From: Nitrosospira multiformis ATCC 25196
GTDB taxonomy: Bacteria; Pseudomonadota; Gammaproteobacteria; Burkholderiales; Nitrosomonadaceae
Assembly (NCBI RefSeq): GCF_000196355.1
Contig: NC_007614.1
Coordinates: 1,110,001-1,142,000 of the forward strand
DNA: 32,000 nucleotides
Reading direction: 5' to 3'
The translations under genes were made by a program, and so were the position numbers. Positions 1 to 9,471 of the stretch are shown one piece after another (position 1 is the first letter of the stretch; each line of letters starts with the position of its first letter). The notes beneath the pieces were generated by a model that had not been told where the DNA came from, did no database searches, and saw only the letters and a program-made list of their open reading frames with translations.

Positions 1-960
1 TATCCGGTATACCTCGCTTCGAGGCGCTTTGACATACACGGCGGGGTCGAGCAGATCGGGCGTCACCGCGACACGCCGTAGGGTTTCCCCGGCCAGCAGG
101 ATAGGCCAGATGCAGGCCAGCCGTTGACGAATTTCCGAGACAGGAATCGCCATGGTATAAATCCAGCCTTGATCCAGGTGCTCGATGGCCATCCTGATGA
201 GGCGGTCGAGAACCGGTTTGAATTTTGGCAGGCTGCTGTCATTCAACAGGTTCGCGGGCTTCAGGCCTGCCTCATCGAGAAGCGATTCGGGAATATAACA
301 GCGGCCATTGTGCAGGTCCCGGCCGATATCCTTCAGAATGTTGGTGAGTTGCAGCCCTTTCCCGAACCTTACCCCGATGGCTGCCATCTCCTCCACATCC
401 CATCGTCCCATCGTCGGCCGATGAGCACAAATCATCCTGGTCCAGAAATCCCCGACACAACCTGCGACATGGTAAGTGTACTGGTCCAGGTCGTCCAGAG
501 TGGATAGCGCTGCAAGTTGGTTACCTGACTGGCCGGGGAAGCGGTTCAAGTCCATTTCCATCCCTTCGGTGAGTACCTTTATAACCCACTGGATGCGCTT
601 CCGGTCATCGGGCGAGCACTCCTCGTACAGCCTGAAACAATCCTCTAGCCGCTGCAGAAGAATGCTTTCTCCCGAGTCTTTCTGATGAGGGACCAGCGCG
701 CTCTGAATCTCCTGAACGGCTTTCCGATCAATCCTGGCCGTCATGAATTGCTCACGGAACTGGTTCAGGTATTTCAGACGCTCTGCCCGGTCGATCAGAT
801 CCGTGTCGGCAATGGTATCGGCGGCACGCGCAAACAGATACGCCAGGCCCATCTGCTCGCGCACTCCGATAGGCAGCACATTGAGCGTGAGATAAAACGA
901 ACGGGAAACCTGCTTGAGGATGTCGTGCAGCAGTTCGTGTCTGGTGGAGGGAGTAGTCAA
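1..960 (-). CDS. Squalene/phytoene synthase family protein (3' end beyond left window edge)
   Basis: Minus-strand translation from a TTG at 960: LTTPSTRHELLHDILKQVSRSFYLTLNVLPIGVREQMGLAYLFARAADTIADTD...; later ...GKGLQLTNILKDIGRDLHNGRCYIP..., the characteristic aspartate-rich motifs of trans-isoprenyl diphosphate (squalene/phytoene) synthases. Not listed in the ORF track because the frame is open at the edge and begins with TTG. Confidence 0.85.
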   Translation of the reverse strand, partial: MTTPSTRHELLHDILKQVSRSFYLTLNVLPIGVREQMGLAYLFARAADTIADTDLIDRAERLKYLNQFREQFMTARIDRKAVQEIQSALVPHQKDSGESILLQRLEDCFRLYEECSPDDRKRIQWVIKVLTEGMEMDLNRFPGQSGNQLAALSTLDDLDQYTYHVAGCVGDFWTRMICAHRPTMGRWDVEEMAAIGVRFGKGLQLTNILKDIGRDLHNGRCYIPESLLDEAGLKPANLLNDSSLPKFKPVLDRLIRMAIEHLDQGWIYTMAIPVSEIRQRLACIWPILLAGETLRRVAVTPDLLDPAVYVKAPRSEVYRI

Positions 961-1397
961 GGATGGAAATTCCGGAACCGTTAACGCAAAGGGCAGAACA
1001 TTATCTGCTCTGGCACAGGAGGGCAAGATAACTTGTTAAGAAAAGAGTTGAATCCCCTCTGCACAAGTACTGATCAGACCCAAGTATCTTTTGGAGGCGA
1101 TCAGGAGCAGGGGTAATCTAAAAAAGCAATAGAATCAAGCCGATATAAAAGTAACGTGCTTTGAGGATAGGTTTTTACCTACTTAAGCCCTCGTTTTAAT
1201 TGATAAAATTGTGTCAAAGTCCAATTGGTTAGGAGAGTTTTAAAAATTAGAATTGGGGGCTGACAAGTGGGACAAAGGTCTTGAGTGCAGGTAATTTTGG
1301 AAAATTAATTATCAATTGTAATAGTTAGAGATAAAAGAGCAGTAAACAGATTTATGACAAATATTTAAAAATGTAATAGTAATAAGAAGCGGAGAAG

Positions 1398-2717
1398 TTG
1401 GTGAAGATCACTGAAATTGTCGATTTTTTTAAGACATCTTGGTATACAAAAACGGGTCTTGGTGCCGCCATAGTTTTCGTCACCATAGCCGGTATTGGAT
1501 GGCATGAATCCTTGAAACAAACCACTATTGGCCTCTTCTTCATCTACCTGATCATAGGTCTAGTCTGGGGGTGGATGAGGCGCCCTCCAAGGACTTCAAA
1601 GCATAAAATCGGATTCTTGGTCAGCATATCATGTGCGGACGATACTACAAGTCAGCAATTGCAAGAGGATTTTATTCGTCCTCTAAGACAGCTTATGAAG
1701 TCTGGAAAAACAGGGTATGCATTTCAATTCATAAATCTACCTCAGTTTCTCGCACGGGAAGTTGAAGATGTTGAGCAAGCGGAAGCGATGAGAATTCGCA
1801 CTAGAGCGAACTTCATGCTTTATGGAAATGTGCGTAAGCGTCTTATTGGCGGGAAAAGTACTCATGTAATTCATCTTGAAGGTATAGTTTTATATAGATC
1901 AATATCAGAGCTTGTGAATCGAGATCTAGCAACTGAATTTACCGAATTGCTTCCCAGAAGGATTCATATCAGTGGTGAAAACGACATCTTGGCTTTCCAG
2001 TTTACTTCTGAGTGGACTGAGATCGTTGTCAGATACGTCCTCGGCATTGCTTTTGGTCTATCTGGTGAATTGGATTACTCGGAAAGCTTACTAAATGACT
2101 CGCTCCAGCAACTCGCCAACAAAAACCAAGACTTTCCAATATACAGGAAGCTTAAAGAACGAATACCATTACGACTTTCCGAAATATGTCAAGCACGTAT
2201 CAACTGGTTGTATATGGAATGGATGAAAACTCGGGTACTCGACATATGGGATGACATTGAAATACGGCTAAAAGAAGTTCACCCAGCTCATCAGAATAGC
2301 CCTGACATGATTTATTGCGAGGCCATGCTCCACATTGTGAAATATAGGGATAGTCGTTTACCCTTAACAAAGATGAAGAAAATAGGGAAGGATGGGGATG
2401 CAGTATGGCATCTCAATATGGCATTTCTTTATGCGTACAACGGTAACTTAAGAAACGCTGCGAGGCATTACAATCAGGCAGCTTTGATTGAGATACATCC
2501 TGAGACAATCGCGCAAGTAGAAAGCTTTATGGTTTGGATAATAGAACAGGATCCGAAGCAAAAACATTTATTTTACTGTCTGGGTTTCTTCAACTGGAAA
2601 ATAAAAGGAGATGAAGTACAAGCTCGAAAGGACTTTGAGAGTTTTTTGGAGCTTCCGCTGTCTGAGGTATTTTCAAAAGAAAAACAGTTGGTACAAACGT
2701 GGATGAGTGAGATGTAG
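1398..2717 (+). CDS. Hypothetical membrane-anchored protein: two N-terminal TM segments and a helical, possibly TPR-like C-terminal region
   Basis: Uninterrupted 439-aa ORF. Hydrophobic segments TGLGAAIVFVTIAGIGW and TIGLFFIYLIIGLVWGW near the N terminus; C-terminal AVWHLNMAFLYAYNGNLRNAARHYNQAALIEIHPE resembles a TPR-type repeat. Confidence 0.7.
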   Translation: MVKITEIVDFFKTSWYTKTGLGAAIVFVTIAGIGWHESLKQTTIGLFFIYLIIGLVWGWMRRPPRTSKHKIGFLVSISCADDTTSQQLQEDFIRPLRQLMKSGKTGYAFQFINLPQFLAREVEDVEQAEAMRIRTRANFMLYGNVRKRLIGGKSTHVIHLEGIVLYRSISELVNRDLATEFTELLPRRIHISGENDILAFQFTSEWTEIVVRYVLGIAFGLSGELDYSESLLNDSLQQLANKNQDFPIYRKLKERIPLRLSEICQARINWLYMEWMKTRVLDIWDDIEIRLKEVHPAHQNSPDMIYCEAMLHIVKYRDSRLPLTKMKKIGKDGDAVWHLNMAFLYAYNGNLRNAARHYNQAALIEIHPETIAQVESFMVWIIEQDPKQKHLFYCLGFFNWKIKGDEVQARKDFESFLELPLSEVFSKEKQLVQTWMSEM

Positions 2718-2790
2718 ATTAAAACGTCCAAATAGCTATCTGCAGGACCTGCCTTTTGTTGCCAGAACCGCATGCCACTATCGCAGAGAC

Positions 2791-4050
2791 TTAGGTGAGC
2801 CCTGGGACTTTCCTCGCTTTCCCTCTTCGCCTAACCCACACCCCGATCAAACCCATCCCCGCCAGCATCATTGCGTAGCTTGCAGGTTCGGGTATAAGGG
2901 CGATTCGTCCGACTTGCCCATTGAGGCTTACCAGATAAAGGTTGCCGGAAGCATCCTCGCCGAATGAGGTGATATTCCCCGAAATGCCCGTTGGGGAGAG
3001 CAGTTCGGCAGTGCGGTCGGTGAGGTCGGTAATGCCTGAGCCAGTAAAGCGGAAGGACATCACCTTGTCGTTGACGAAGTCCGCAAAGAAGTAGGTGCCT
3101 TCCAGGCCGGGGATTTCTGAGCCGCGGTAGACATAGCCGCCAATGACTGAGGCGCCATCCGCGGTATGGTTATATTCAAAGATGGGCGGCGTGTGGTTGG
3201 GAATCTGTGGATCGTTAGGAAAATTCACCAGCGTTCCCTCGAATCTGCGCCACCCATAGTTCGCTCCGGCAGCGCCTATATCGATTTCCTCGCGTGCGTT
3301 CTGCCCGACGTCACCGATGTAGAAAGTGCCGTTTTCCCGGTCAAAACTGTCACGAAACGGGTTACGCAATCCAGATGCATATATCTCCGGATTGCTGCCT
3401 GTGGCATTTCCATCCGGTATTGCATAGCCATACTGCGTGGGATCATTGGGCAGGCGATCAGATGAAACATCGATTCGCAAAATTTTGCCGAGATTGCTGG
3501 ACAGGTTTTGCGCGCGGTTACCAGGATCATCCCGGAGGCCGCCGTCTCCTGTGGCTATGTAAAGATTCCCCGGCTCGCCGGGCCTGAAGCCGAGCCACCC
3601 GGCCTTGTGATTGTTGAACTCAGGTTGCTGCACAGTGAGCACTGTTTGTCGGCTGGTGATATCTGCCACGTTTGGCTGCGTTGCACTTACCTGATACGTT
3701 GCGACTACGGTATTGAGCGAAGTCCTGTCTATGTAATCGACATAAAATCGACGGTTGCTGGCAAAGTTTGGATCGAATGTCATTCCCAGCAGGCCGCGTT
3801 CGCCCTCGGTATTGACCGAGCCTGACAGATCGAGAAATGGTGTTGGCTGCACACTCCCATTCTGGAGGATTTTGATCAACCCGCCCTGTTCGACAATGAA
3901 CAGGCGTGAGTCTCCTGCTGGCGATGTTGCGAACAAAGGGCGATCAAGGCCGTTTGCAACGATCCGGGTTTGCAACTGTGCAAAAGCCTCCGGTGCCCCA
4001 AGACCAGTGGCGAAGACCAAGGCAAGCAGGGCAGAAAAGGGTTTGATCAT
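2791..4050 (-). CDS. PQQ-dependent sugar dehydrogenase (glucose/sorbosone dehydrogenase-like) with PEP-CTERM sorting signal
   Basis: Signal peptide; beta-propeller motifs GLLGMTFDPNF, YIATGDGGLRDDPGNRAQNLSSNLGKILRIDV, EIYASGLRNPFRDSFD; C terminus IPEPASYAMMLAGMGLIGVWVRRRGKAR (PEP motif, TM, basic tail). Confidence 0.9.
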   Translation of the reverse strand: MIKPFSALLALVFATGLGAPEAFAQLQTRIVANGLDRPLFATSPAGDSRLFIVEQGGLIKILQNGSVQPTPFLDLSGSVNTEGERGLLGMTFDPNFASNRRFYVDYIDRTSLNTVVATYQVSATQPNVADITSRQTVLTVQQPEFNNHKAGWLGFRPGEPGNLYIATGDGGLRDDPGNRAQNLSSNLGKILRIDVSSDRLPNDPTQYGYAIPDGNATGSNPEIYASGLRNPFRDSFDRENGTFYIGDVGQNAREEIDIGAAGANYGWRRFEGTLVNFPNDPQIPNHTPPIFEYNHTADGASVIGGYVYRGSEIPGLEGTYFFADFVNDKVMSFRFTGSGITDLTDRTAELLSPTGISGNITSFGEDASGNLYLVSLNGQVGRIALIPEPASYAMMLAGMGLIGVWVRRRGKARKVPGLT

Positions 4051-4357
4051 GTCAACCTTCGGGACCGGTTAGAGTTGAAATCAATCGAGTCAATAGCGGA
4101 AATAATGCGAAGGCCAACTTATGTATAGAAAAGGCAAAGTTCGCTGTCAACCCGGCTTGAAATGGGCGGCGAATTCGAATCTATCGTCATTGCCAGGTTT
4201 CCATTCTGGAACAGGCACCCTCAAACCTGCCGAGATAGAAATATGTTGAAGTTAGAAGGAGTTACAAAGGAATCACCGGGCAAGCCAAAACAACACAACT
4301 TGCTATACTGAATCATGGGTGTCCTATTCATTGTCATCGATCGCGGAGGGGAGGCGC

Positions 4358-4897
4358 ATGATTCACGAAGTAAGGGGCGATATCCTGCTGAGCCATGCGC
4401 AGGTCATTGCCCACGCCGTTGCCCCCGATGATCGTTTCAGTCAGGGGCTGGCCTTGAGTTTGCGCCAGCGGTGGCCTGCCCTGGTCAAGGATTTCCATCA
4501 CTTCTGCCATACCAGGCAACCCAAAGCGGGCGACGTGTGGGTCTGGTCGGGTGCGATGAGCAAGCGGGTGATCAGCCTGCTGACGAATGAAGCGCCGCCT
4601 GGGACCGGGGACAAGCCGCCTCCGGCCAGAAAGGAAGTTTTAGAACTGTCGTTGCGTGAACTTCGCAGTCTGCTGGAGAGCAAGAGGTTTTCCCATATCG
4701 CGCTGCCGCGCCTTGCTACTGGTGCAGGCGGTCTGGATTGGAAGGTGGTGGAACCCTTGATCGAGCGCCATCTGGGGGACCTGGATCTGCCTATTTACAT
4801 TTATACTCAATATGAGGAAGGCGTTCAGGCCATGGAGCCGGGGTTGAGTCGAAATGACAGCCTCGACAGGAGACCGGATGTTTCCCGCAGGCAGTAA
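4358..4897 (+). CDS. Macro domain-containing protein (ADP-ribose-binding/processing)
   Basis: MIHEVRGDILLSHAQVIAHAVAPDDRFSQGLALSLRQRWP...FSHIALPRLATGAGGLDWKVV matches macro-domain signatures. ATG at 4358 preceded by GGAGGGGAGG; the track ORF starts at 4319 with a less convincing GTG. Confidence 0.75.
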   Translation: MIHEVRGDILLSHAQVIAHAVAPDDRFSQGLALSLRQRWPALVKDFHHFCHTRQPKAGDVWVWSGAMSKRVISLLTNEAPPGTGDKPPPARKEVLELSLRELRSLLESKRFSHIALPRLATGAGGLDWKVVEPLIERHLGDLDLPIYIYTQYEEGVQAMEPGLSRNDSLDRRPDVSRRQ

Positions 4898-4943
4898 TAG
4901 CCTCACGCCTGATGATTCCTGGTTCGATTCCAGGGCAGGGAGG

Positions 4944-7358
4944 TCAGGAGGGCTTTTTGCTGGCGGGTAGCAGATGCAACGTTTGCTCGGAGGGGCCGGG
5001 AAGGAAGGGTGTGAGCCTGCCCGTCACCCAGTCTTCGTGTCCACTGCCGTAATAAGGTGACAGGGGATGTCCGCTCTGGCCGCCGGGCATCTCGAAATAC
5101 CCGCTCTCTTCATCGCCCGGGGCGACGGCAAACCGGTTCGACGCACCAAATGCAGGCCCCTGCACGCGCGGCATTTTGCTGTCTCCGGCAAGTTCATCTC
5201 CGGGCATATCCAGCCACTTTCCGATAAATAACGGTAAAGCCTGGCTGAAAGGATGCCGGATGCGGGCGGTATTGCGTTCGCCCCAGGTTCTTGCGGCAAT
5301 ACCGCCGGGTTGGCGCCGGAAACGCTCGGCTACCCGATGCGCGCACTTGCCAAGGAGATCGTCCCAGTCGGCATGCACAGGGAGTAGAAGGTGCGGGGGA
5401 CGTTCCTCTATCAATTTCCAGACCGCATGTTCCGCCTGATTCAACGGCGGCAGTTCGAACTCCGGGTATTTCTCCCGCACGACTGCTTCAAATCCGCGGA
5501 GGACGCCATTGACAACTTCCTGCCGAAAGGCGCGCACTACCCGATAGGCTGCCGAGTCCGTGGAGGCATGTCCATCCCAGTCCTTGAGCGCCTCTTGCAT
5601 TTCAGTGCGCCAGGGCGCTGCTTCGGTTCTTTCCAGGGTTTGTTCGAGAAGCTGCCGCCAGCGCGCGAGGAACAGCGCCCGATCGTCCAGTTGAATGGCC
5701 AGCATGGTGGCAGGTGTAAAATAATCGTGTTGATAAAGGGAGTCGCGGATCTGCTTTGCCCGTGCGCCGAGATCAAAGCCGCCATCCCCGAGCCTCTCCA
5801 GCATCAGGCCCTCCACGGTGCGTGCGTTCGCAGTCCACAGACGCTGGTCGATAGGATCGATGATGGTTGGATAGAGCGCGGGATCCAGCCATCCGTTCCA
5901 GCCGGTACCCGGTGCGCTCCAGTCCGACGGGAGCCGCGGATTATATTCCTTGCCCCGTGCCGGCAGTCTTCCGGCAATGGTCCATGCGGTTCTGCCTGTC
6001 CGGTCGCCAACGATAAAGTTCTGCGCGGGGATACCGGCAGTCCGTACGATGACGATCGCTTGATCCACGCTTTCCACCTGTTCCAGCTCGGTAAGCTTGA
6101 TGTCCATCGAGCCCGGTTGATGCGCAGTCCAGGCAAATGCAAGGGGTGTTCCGTCATGATCGGTTGCCGCAATGGGTCCCCATTCTGTTTCCTGGACCTC
6201 CAGTGTTTCATCTGCCGCTCCACGTACACGCAGCACTTCGCGATGTACCTCGATGCGCTTCCATCCGTCCGCAGTCCGGTAGCGCAGGGGATCATCCGGA
6301 TCGCGCATTATCCGCACCCAGTCGATCAAATCGCCGTAGCTGTTTGTAAAACTCCACGCAACATGCCGATTGGAACCGACCGTGATTGCTGGTGTGCCCG
6401 GCAGACTGGCACCTGTGATGTCGCTTGTTTCCCCCGGCCGTTGCGGGTGGGGATAGATGAAGCGTGTGCGAAACCAGATATTGGGAACACGCAGTTCCAG
6501 GTGCATGTCATTGGCAACCAGTGCCGCGCCTCCGGCCAGGGAGCCCGCCACTGCAAAGCTATTGCTCCCAAGTATATCGTCGACGTATTCGTCCGGGCTA
6601 TGCGTATCCACGGGAAGCATAAGGCCGGGATCGAGCTTGCGGAGGTCGAGTTCGCTCGCAGGCGGGATATCCGGCCAGGCAAGGGGAGGGCCCAGCAACG
6701 GAGCATCCCATTTGCCACCCTTGGCGCTAAGAAACCGGAAGGCAGCCGGAGGAAGCGCATCCCGCAGGGTAGAGAAGGCAAGTTCGCGCACGTCGCTTGC
6801 TTCTTTCAACGTGAAATACATCGCCCCGATGACCAGCAAGCTGTCTTCGCTGCGCCATGGCAGAGGTTTCAAGCCCAGTAGAAGATAGGGAAAGGAATTT
6901 GTCGTCAGCGCATCGAGACCTTCATTTACCCCATCGCGATACGCGTCGAGCAGTTCGCGCTGTTCAAGCGGCAATTCTTTCAGCATCGAGGATGCGCGCA
7001 CTCGCATCCGATGCTTGCGTGCTTCCCGGTCGGCGGCCAAGACGCGCGGTCCGAACAACTCGGCCAGCTCGCCCGCAGGCTGCCGGCGCATCAGGTCCAT
7101 TTCAAAGAAGCGCTCCTGCGCATGAACATAACCCAGCGCCCAAACCAGGTCACGCCGGTTTTGCGCACGCAGTGTAGCGGTACCGAGGGTATCGCGTTCG
7201 ACAGCCACAGATGCAGACAGGGCGTCCGTTTGTACTGTTCCTTCGTATTGCGGCAGGCTTCCACGCAATACCAGCCAGAGAATAGCAACGGACAGCAACA
7301 CCAGGATAACTAGGGCGCAGGCAAGGCGAGCCAGACGATGAGGCGCCCGCGGAGTCAT
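4944..7358 (-). CDS. Penicillin acylase family protein (Ntn hydrolase)
   Basis: 804 aa with N-terminal TM/signal, ALGYVHAQERFFEMDLMRR, putative autoprocessing site LGSNSFAVAGSLAGGAALVANDMHLEL, and NIVGDRTGRTAW-like segment (NFIVGDRTGRTAWTIAG). Confidence 0.9.
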   Translation of the reverse strand: MTPRAPHRLARLACALVILVLLSVAILWLVLRGSLPQYEGTVQTDALSASVAVERDTLGTATLRAQNRRDLVWALGYVHAQERFFEMDLMRRQPAGELAELFGPRVLAADREARKHRMRVRASSMLKELPLEQRELLDAYRDGVNEGLDALTTNSFPYLLLGLKPLPWRSEDSLLVIGAMYFTLKEASDVRELAFSTLRDALPPAAFRFLSAKGGKWDAPLLGPPLAWPDIPPASELDLRKLDPGLMLPVDTHSPDEYVDDILGSNSFAVAGSLAGGAALVANDMHLELRVPNIWFRTRFIYPHPQRPGETSDITGASLPGTPAITVGSNRHVAWSFTNSYGDLIDWVRIMRDPDDPLRYRTADGWKRIEVHREVLRVRGAADETLEVQETEWGPIAATDHDGTPLAFAWTAHQPGSMDIKLTELEQVESVDQAIVIVRTAGIPAQNFIVGDRTGRTAWTIAGRLPARGKEYNPRLPSDWSAPGTGWNGWLDPALYPTIIDPIDQRLWTANARTVEGLMLERLGDGGFDLGARAKQIRDSLYQHDYFTPATMLAIQLDDRALFLARWRQLLEQTLERTEAAPWRTEMQEALKDWDGHASTDSAAYRVVRAFRQEVVNGVLRGFEAVVREKYPEFELPPLNQAEHAVWKLIEERPPHLLLPVHADWDDLLGKCAHRVAERFRRQPGGIAARTWGERNTARIRHPFSQALPLFIGKWLDMPGDELAGDSKMPRVQGPAFGASNRFAVAPGDEESGYFEMPGGQSGHPLSPYYGSGHEDWVTGRLTPFLPGPSEQTLHLLPASKKPS

Positions 7359-7500
7359 GTAGGCGGATTCGCTACGGCGAAACAGCCATTGATAGCGTGC
7401 GAAATGGGTGCCGGGTGCGGATTATGCCAACAGGAGGGGATATGCAAGGCGTTTTCAGGAATTCAAAAGCTTTTCCCGGATGGATTCCATCGTCATTTCT

Positions 7501-7520
7501 TGCCATCCAGCCGGATGGCA
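7501..7520. other. Perfect 8-bp inverted repeat (TGCCATCC-AGCC-GGATGGCA)
   Basis: Read directly from sequence. Lies about 73 bp 3' of the lipo-cytochrome gene; no T-tract on either strand, so terminator function is uncertain. Confidence 0.4.
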
Positions 7521-7592
7521 GGCGAGGCGACTGCGGCCTCATATCCTGCCGTCATTTCCCGTCAGAAAGCCGATGCGGTCGCTATTCGGCCG

Positions 7593-7898
7593 CTATTTCG
7601 TCTTGCTGTTCGCCAGGACGTATTCTGCGAGACGTTGTGCCGGTTCGCCCTGAATATTCGGGAAAGCCGTCATTCCCATGCTTCCCTTCTGCACTTTCTG
7701 AATGATCGCATCCTTATTGGCCATCTTCTCGCTCAATATCATTGCCGCGCCCGCTTCGGGTTTGTGGCATTTTGTGCAGTTTGTGCTGAATATATCTTCT
7801 CCCGTGGCATCTGAAGGCGGGGTGTAAGGATCTGTTCTCGAACAGCCTACCAAGCCTGCCAGTGCGACAAACGTCAATATCAAGGTTGTGTTCTTCAT
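7593..7898 (-). CDS. Small monoheme c-type cytochrome, predicted lipoprotein
   Basis: Lipobox-like ALAGLVGC, one CTKCH heme motif, distal Met candidate in GSMGMTAFP; 101 aa. Confidence 0.9.
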   Translation of the reverse strand: MKNTTLILTFVALAGLVGCSRTDPYTPPSDATGEDIFSTNCTKCHKPEAGAAMILSEKMANKDAIIQKVQKGSMGMTAFPNIQGEPAQRLAEYVLANSKTK

Positions 7899-8066
7899 TA
7901 TTGCTCCTGATTAAAGAGGAATTGTTTTTATACCCAGGGTGGATTATAGCGCGCTATACGGTCCTAAGTGATATTGCGCTTTGAGGCTTCATTCGACAAT
8001 TCCTGATCATCGAGCGGAGCGATCTGTTACCTGTTTCTATTACCTGTCACCTGCCGCTGCCCTTGG

Positions 8067-9407
8067 CTAGAAAGCAGCTGGAAAATTATTCAAAACAATT
8101 TCTCCGCCCGAAATAACCAGATCCGGGTATTCCAGATTTTTCAGGTTATGGGTGGGATCCCCCTTGATGGCGATCACGTCGGCGGGCGCGCCGGGCAGAA
8201 GGGTGCCGAGAAGGGGCAAGCCGAGGTGTTCCCCCGCTTTCGACGTGGCCGCGCGCAGGACCTCCAGGGTTTCCATATTTCCCATCTGCATCATGTACAT
8301 AAGCTCTTGGGCGTCGATTCCCCTGGGAACATCCGGGTGTGCGATTTCAGCGCCGTACAGCAGTTCGCCACCCTGTTCCCGCCAGACCCGGGTATTGTGC
8401 GCAACACCGGGACATTTCGACAGGGTATCGAGCGTCGTAACTATTCTGACACCCTGTGACACGGCTTTTTTTAACAGAGGCTCGGGGATGATGTCGCAGG
8501 GAACATGAGCCCACTCATCGATTCCCGCGTTGATGGCAATCTCCGCGCCTTTTACTTCGGCGATATGGGCCGTTACCCTGCGTTTGTTCACATGGGCTTC
8601 GTCCACTATCGCCTTTACGACTCTTTCAGCGAGCAGGGGCCAGGCAGTACCGAGACCAGTATTGGGATGTGGGTGAGAGGAATGGGCGTCGTTTGCCGCT
8701 TCGTGGTTTGGCGGTTCGTGATTGGGCTGTGCATGATGAGCATGATTACCGGCGGCCGCATGGTTGTGGTGATGCACATGCGCATGGCCGCACGACCACG
8801 GCGCGCCCGGCTCGCCGCCGGGTTCCAGGGCAATCTTGATCACCACCGCGCCCGCATCGATCAGGTTTCGGACTGTTTCTCTTGCTTCTTTCTCCGTGGA
8901 TACCGGTGTTGCGATATTCTTTTCCCCTGTCAGCGGGATAGGATAACCGCCAGGTGCGGTGATGATGGGTCCCGAGGTAAGCATGCGCAGGGTGCCATTT
9001 CCGCCATAGGGCTTGTGTACCGGTCCGCCTACGTCCCGGATTGTGGTAATCCCATGCTTCAATACAGTATCGGCAGGAACATGCTGGAACGAAAGATGGG
9101 CATGCAGTTCGATAAAACCGGGCAGTATCGTCGCGTCCCCCAGATCGATGACTTTTGCATTATCGGGGGCGAATGAGCCGCGTGGGCCGATTTGCGTTAC
9201 CTTTCCGTTTACTACCTGTACCGATGTGTTTGTCCTCATCCTGTGGCCGTCGAAAACCCGTGCGGCATGCAGGAGAAGCGCGTCGTGCTTCCCCATCTGG
9301 GCAACAGCCAGAGGGGAGGCCAGCATGACCGACATCAACGATAAACCTGTCGTGATTCGGCTGGCGAGGCTGATGAGGCTGGTGATTTTCAGGCAGACGC
9401 TTTTCAT
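8067..9407 (-). CDS. Secreted amidohydrolase family protein (imidazolonepropionase/prolidase-like) with histidine-rich insertion
   Basis: Signal peptide; ATILPGFIELHAHLSFQH metal-binding HxH motif; GIDEWAHVP, LIKAxTxNxAxxLG-like EVLRAATSKAGEHLGL, GTLLPGAPADVIAIKGDPTHNL. Confidence 0.9.
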   Translation of the reverse strand: MKSVCLKITSLISLASRITTGLSLMSVMLASPLAVAQMGKHDALLLHAARVFDGHRMRTNTSVQVVNGKVTQIGPRGSFAPDNAKVIDLGDATILPGFIELHAHLSFQHVPADTVLKHGITTIRDVGGPVHKPYGGNGTLRMLTSGPIITAPGGYPIPLTGEKNIATPVSTEKEARETVRNLIDAGAVVIKIALEPGGEPGAPWSCGHAHVHHHNHAAAGNHAHHAQPNHEPPNHEAANDAHSSHPHPNTGLGTAWPLLAERVVKAIVDEAHVNKRRVTAHIAEVKGAEIAINAGIDEWAHVPCDIIPEPLLKKAVSQGVRIVTTLDTLSKCPGVAHNTRVWREQGGELLYGAEIAHPDVPRGIDAQELMYMMQMGNMETLEVLRAATSKAGEHLGLPLLGTLLPGAPADVIAIKGDPTHNLKNLEYPDLVISGGEIVLNNFPAAF

Positions 9408-9471
9408 GGCCTTTTCTCCTTTTTCCTATATCTTGATTGCGTTCCAGATGCTGCTCGATTCAGCAGTATTT

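Noticed and set aside
5391-6881. 496-aa plus-strand ORF
   Set aside because: Fully antisense to the well-supported penicillin acylase gene; the translation shows no recognisable domain and looks like a GC-rich shadow ORF.
8661-8792. His-codon-rich tract considered as a tandem DNA repeat
   Set aside because: No regular repeat unit at nucleotide level; the irregular codons continue the amidohydrolase frame, so it is better treated as a protein feature.
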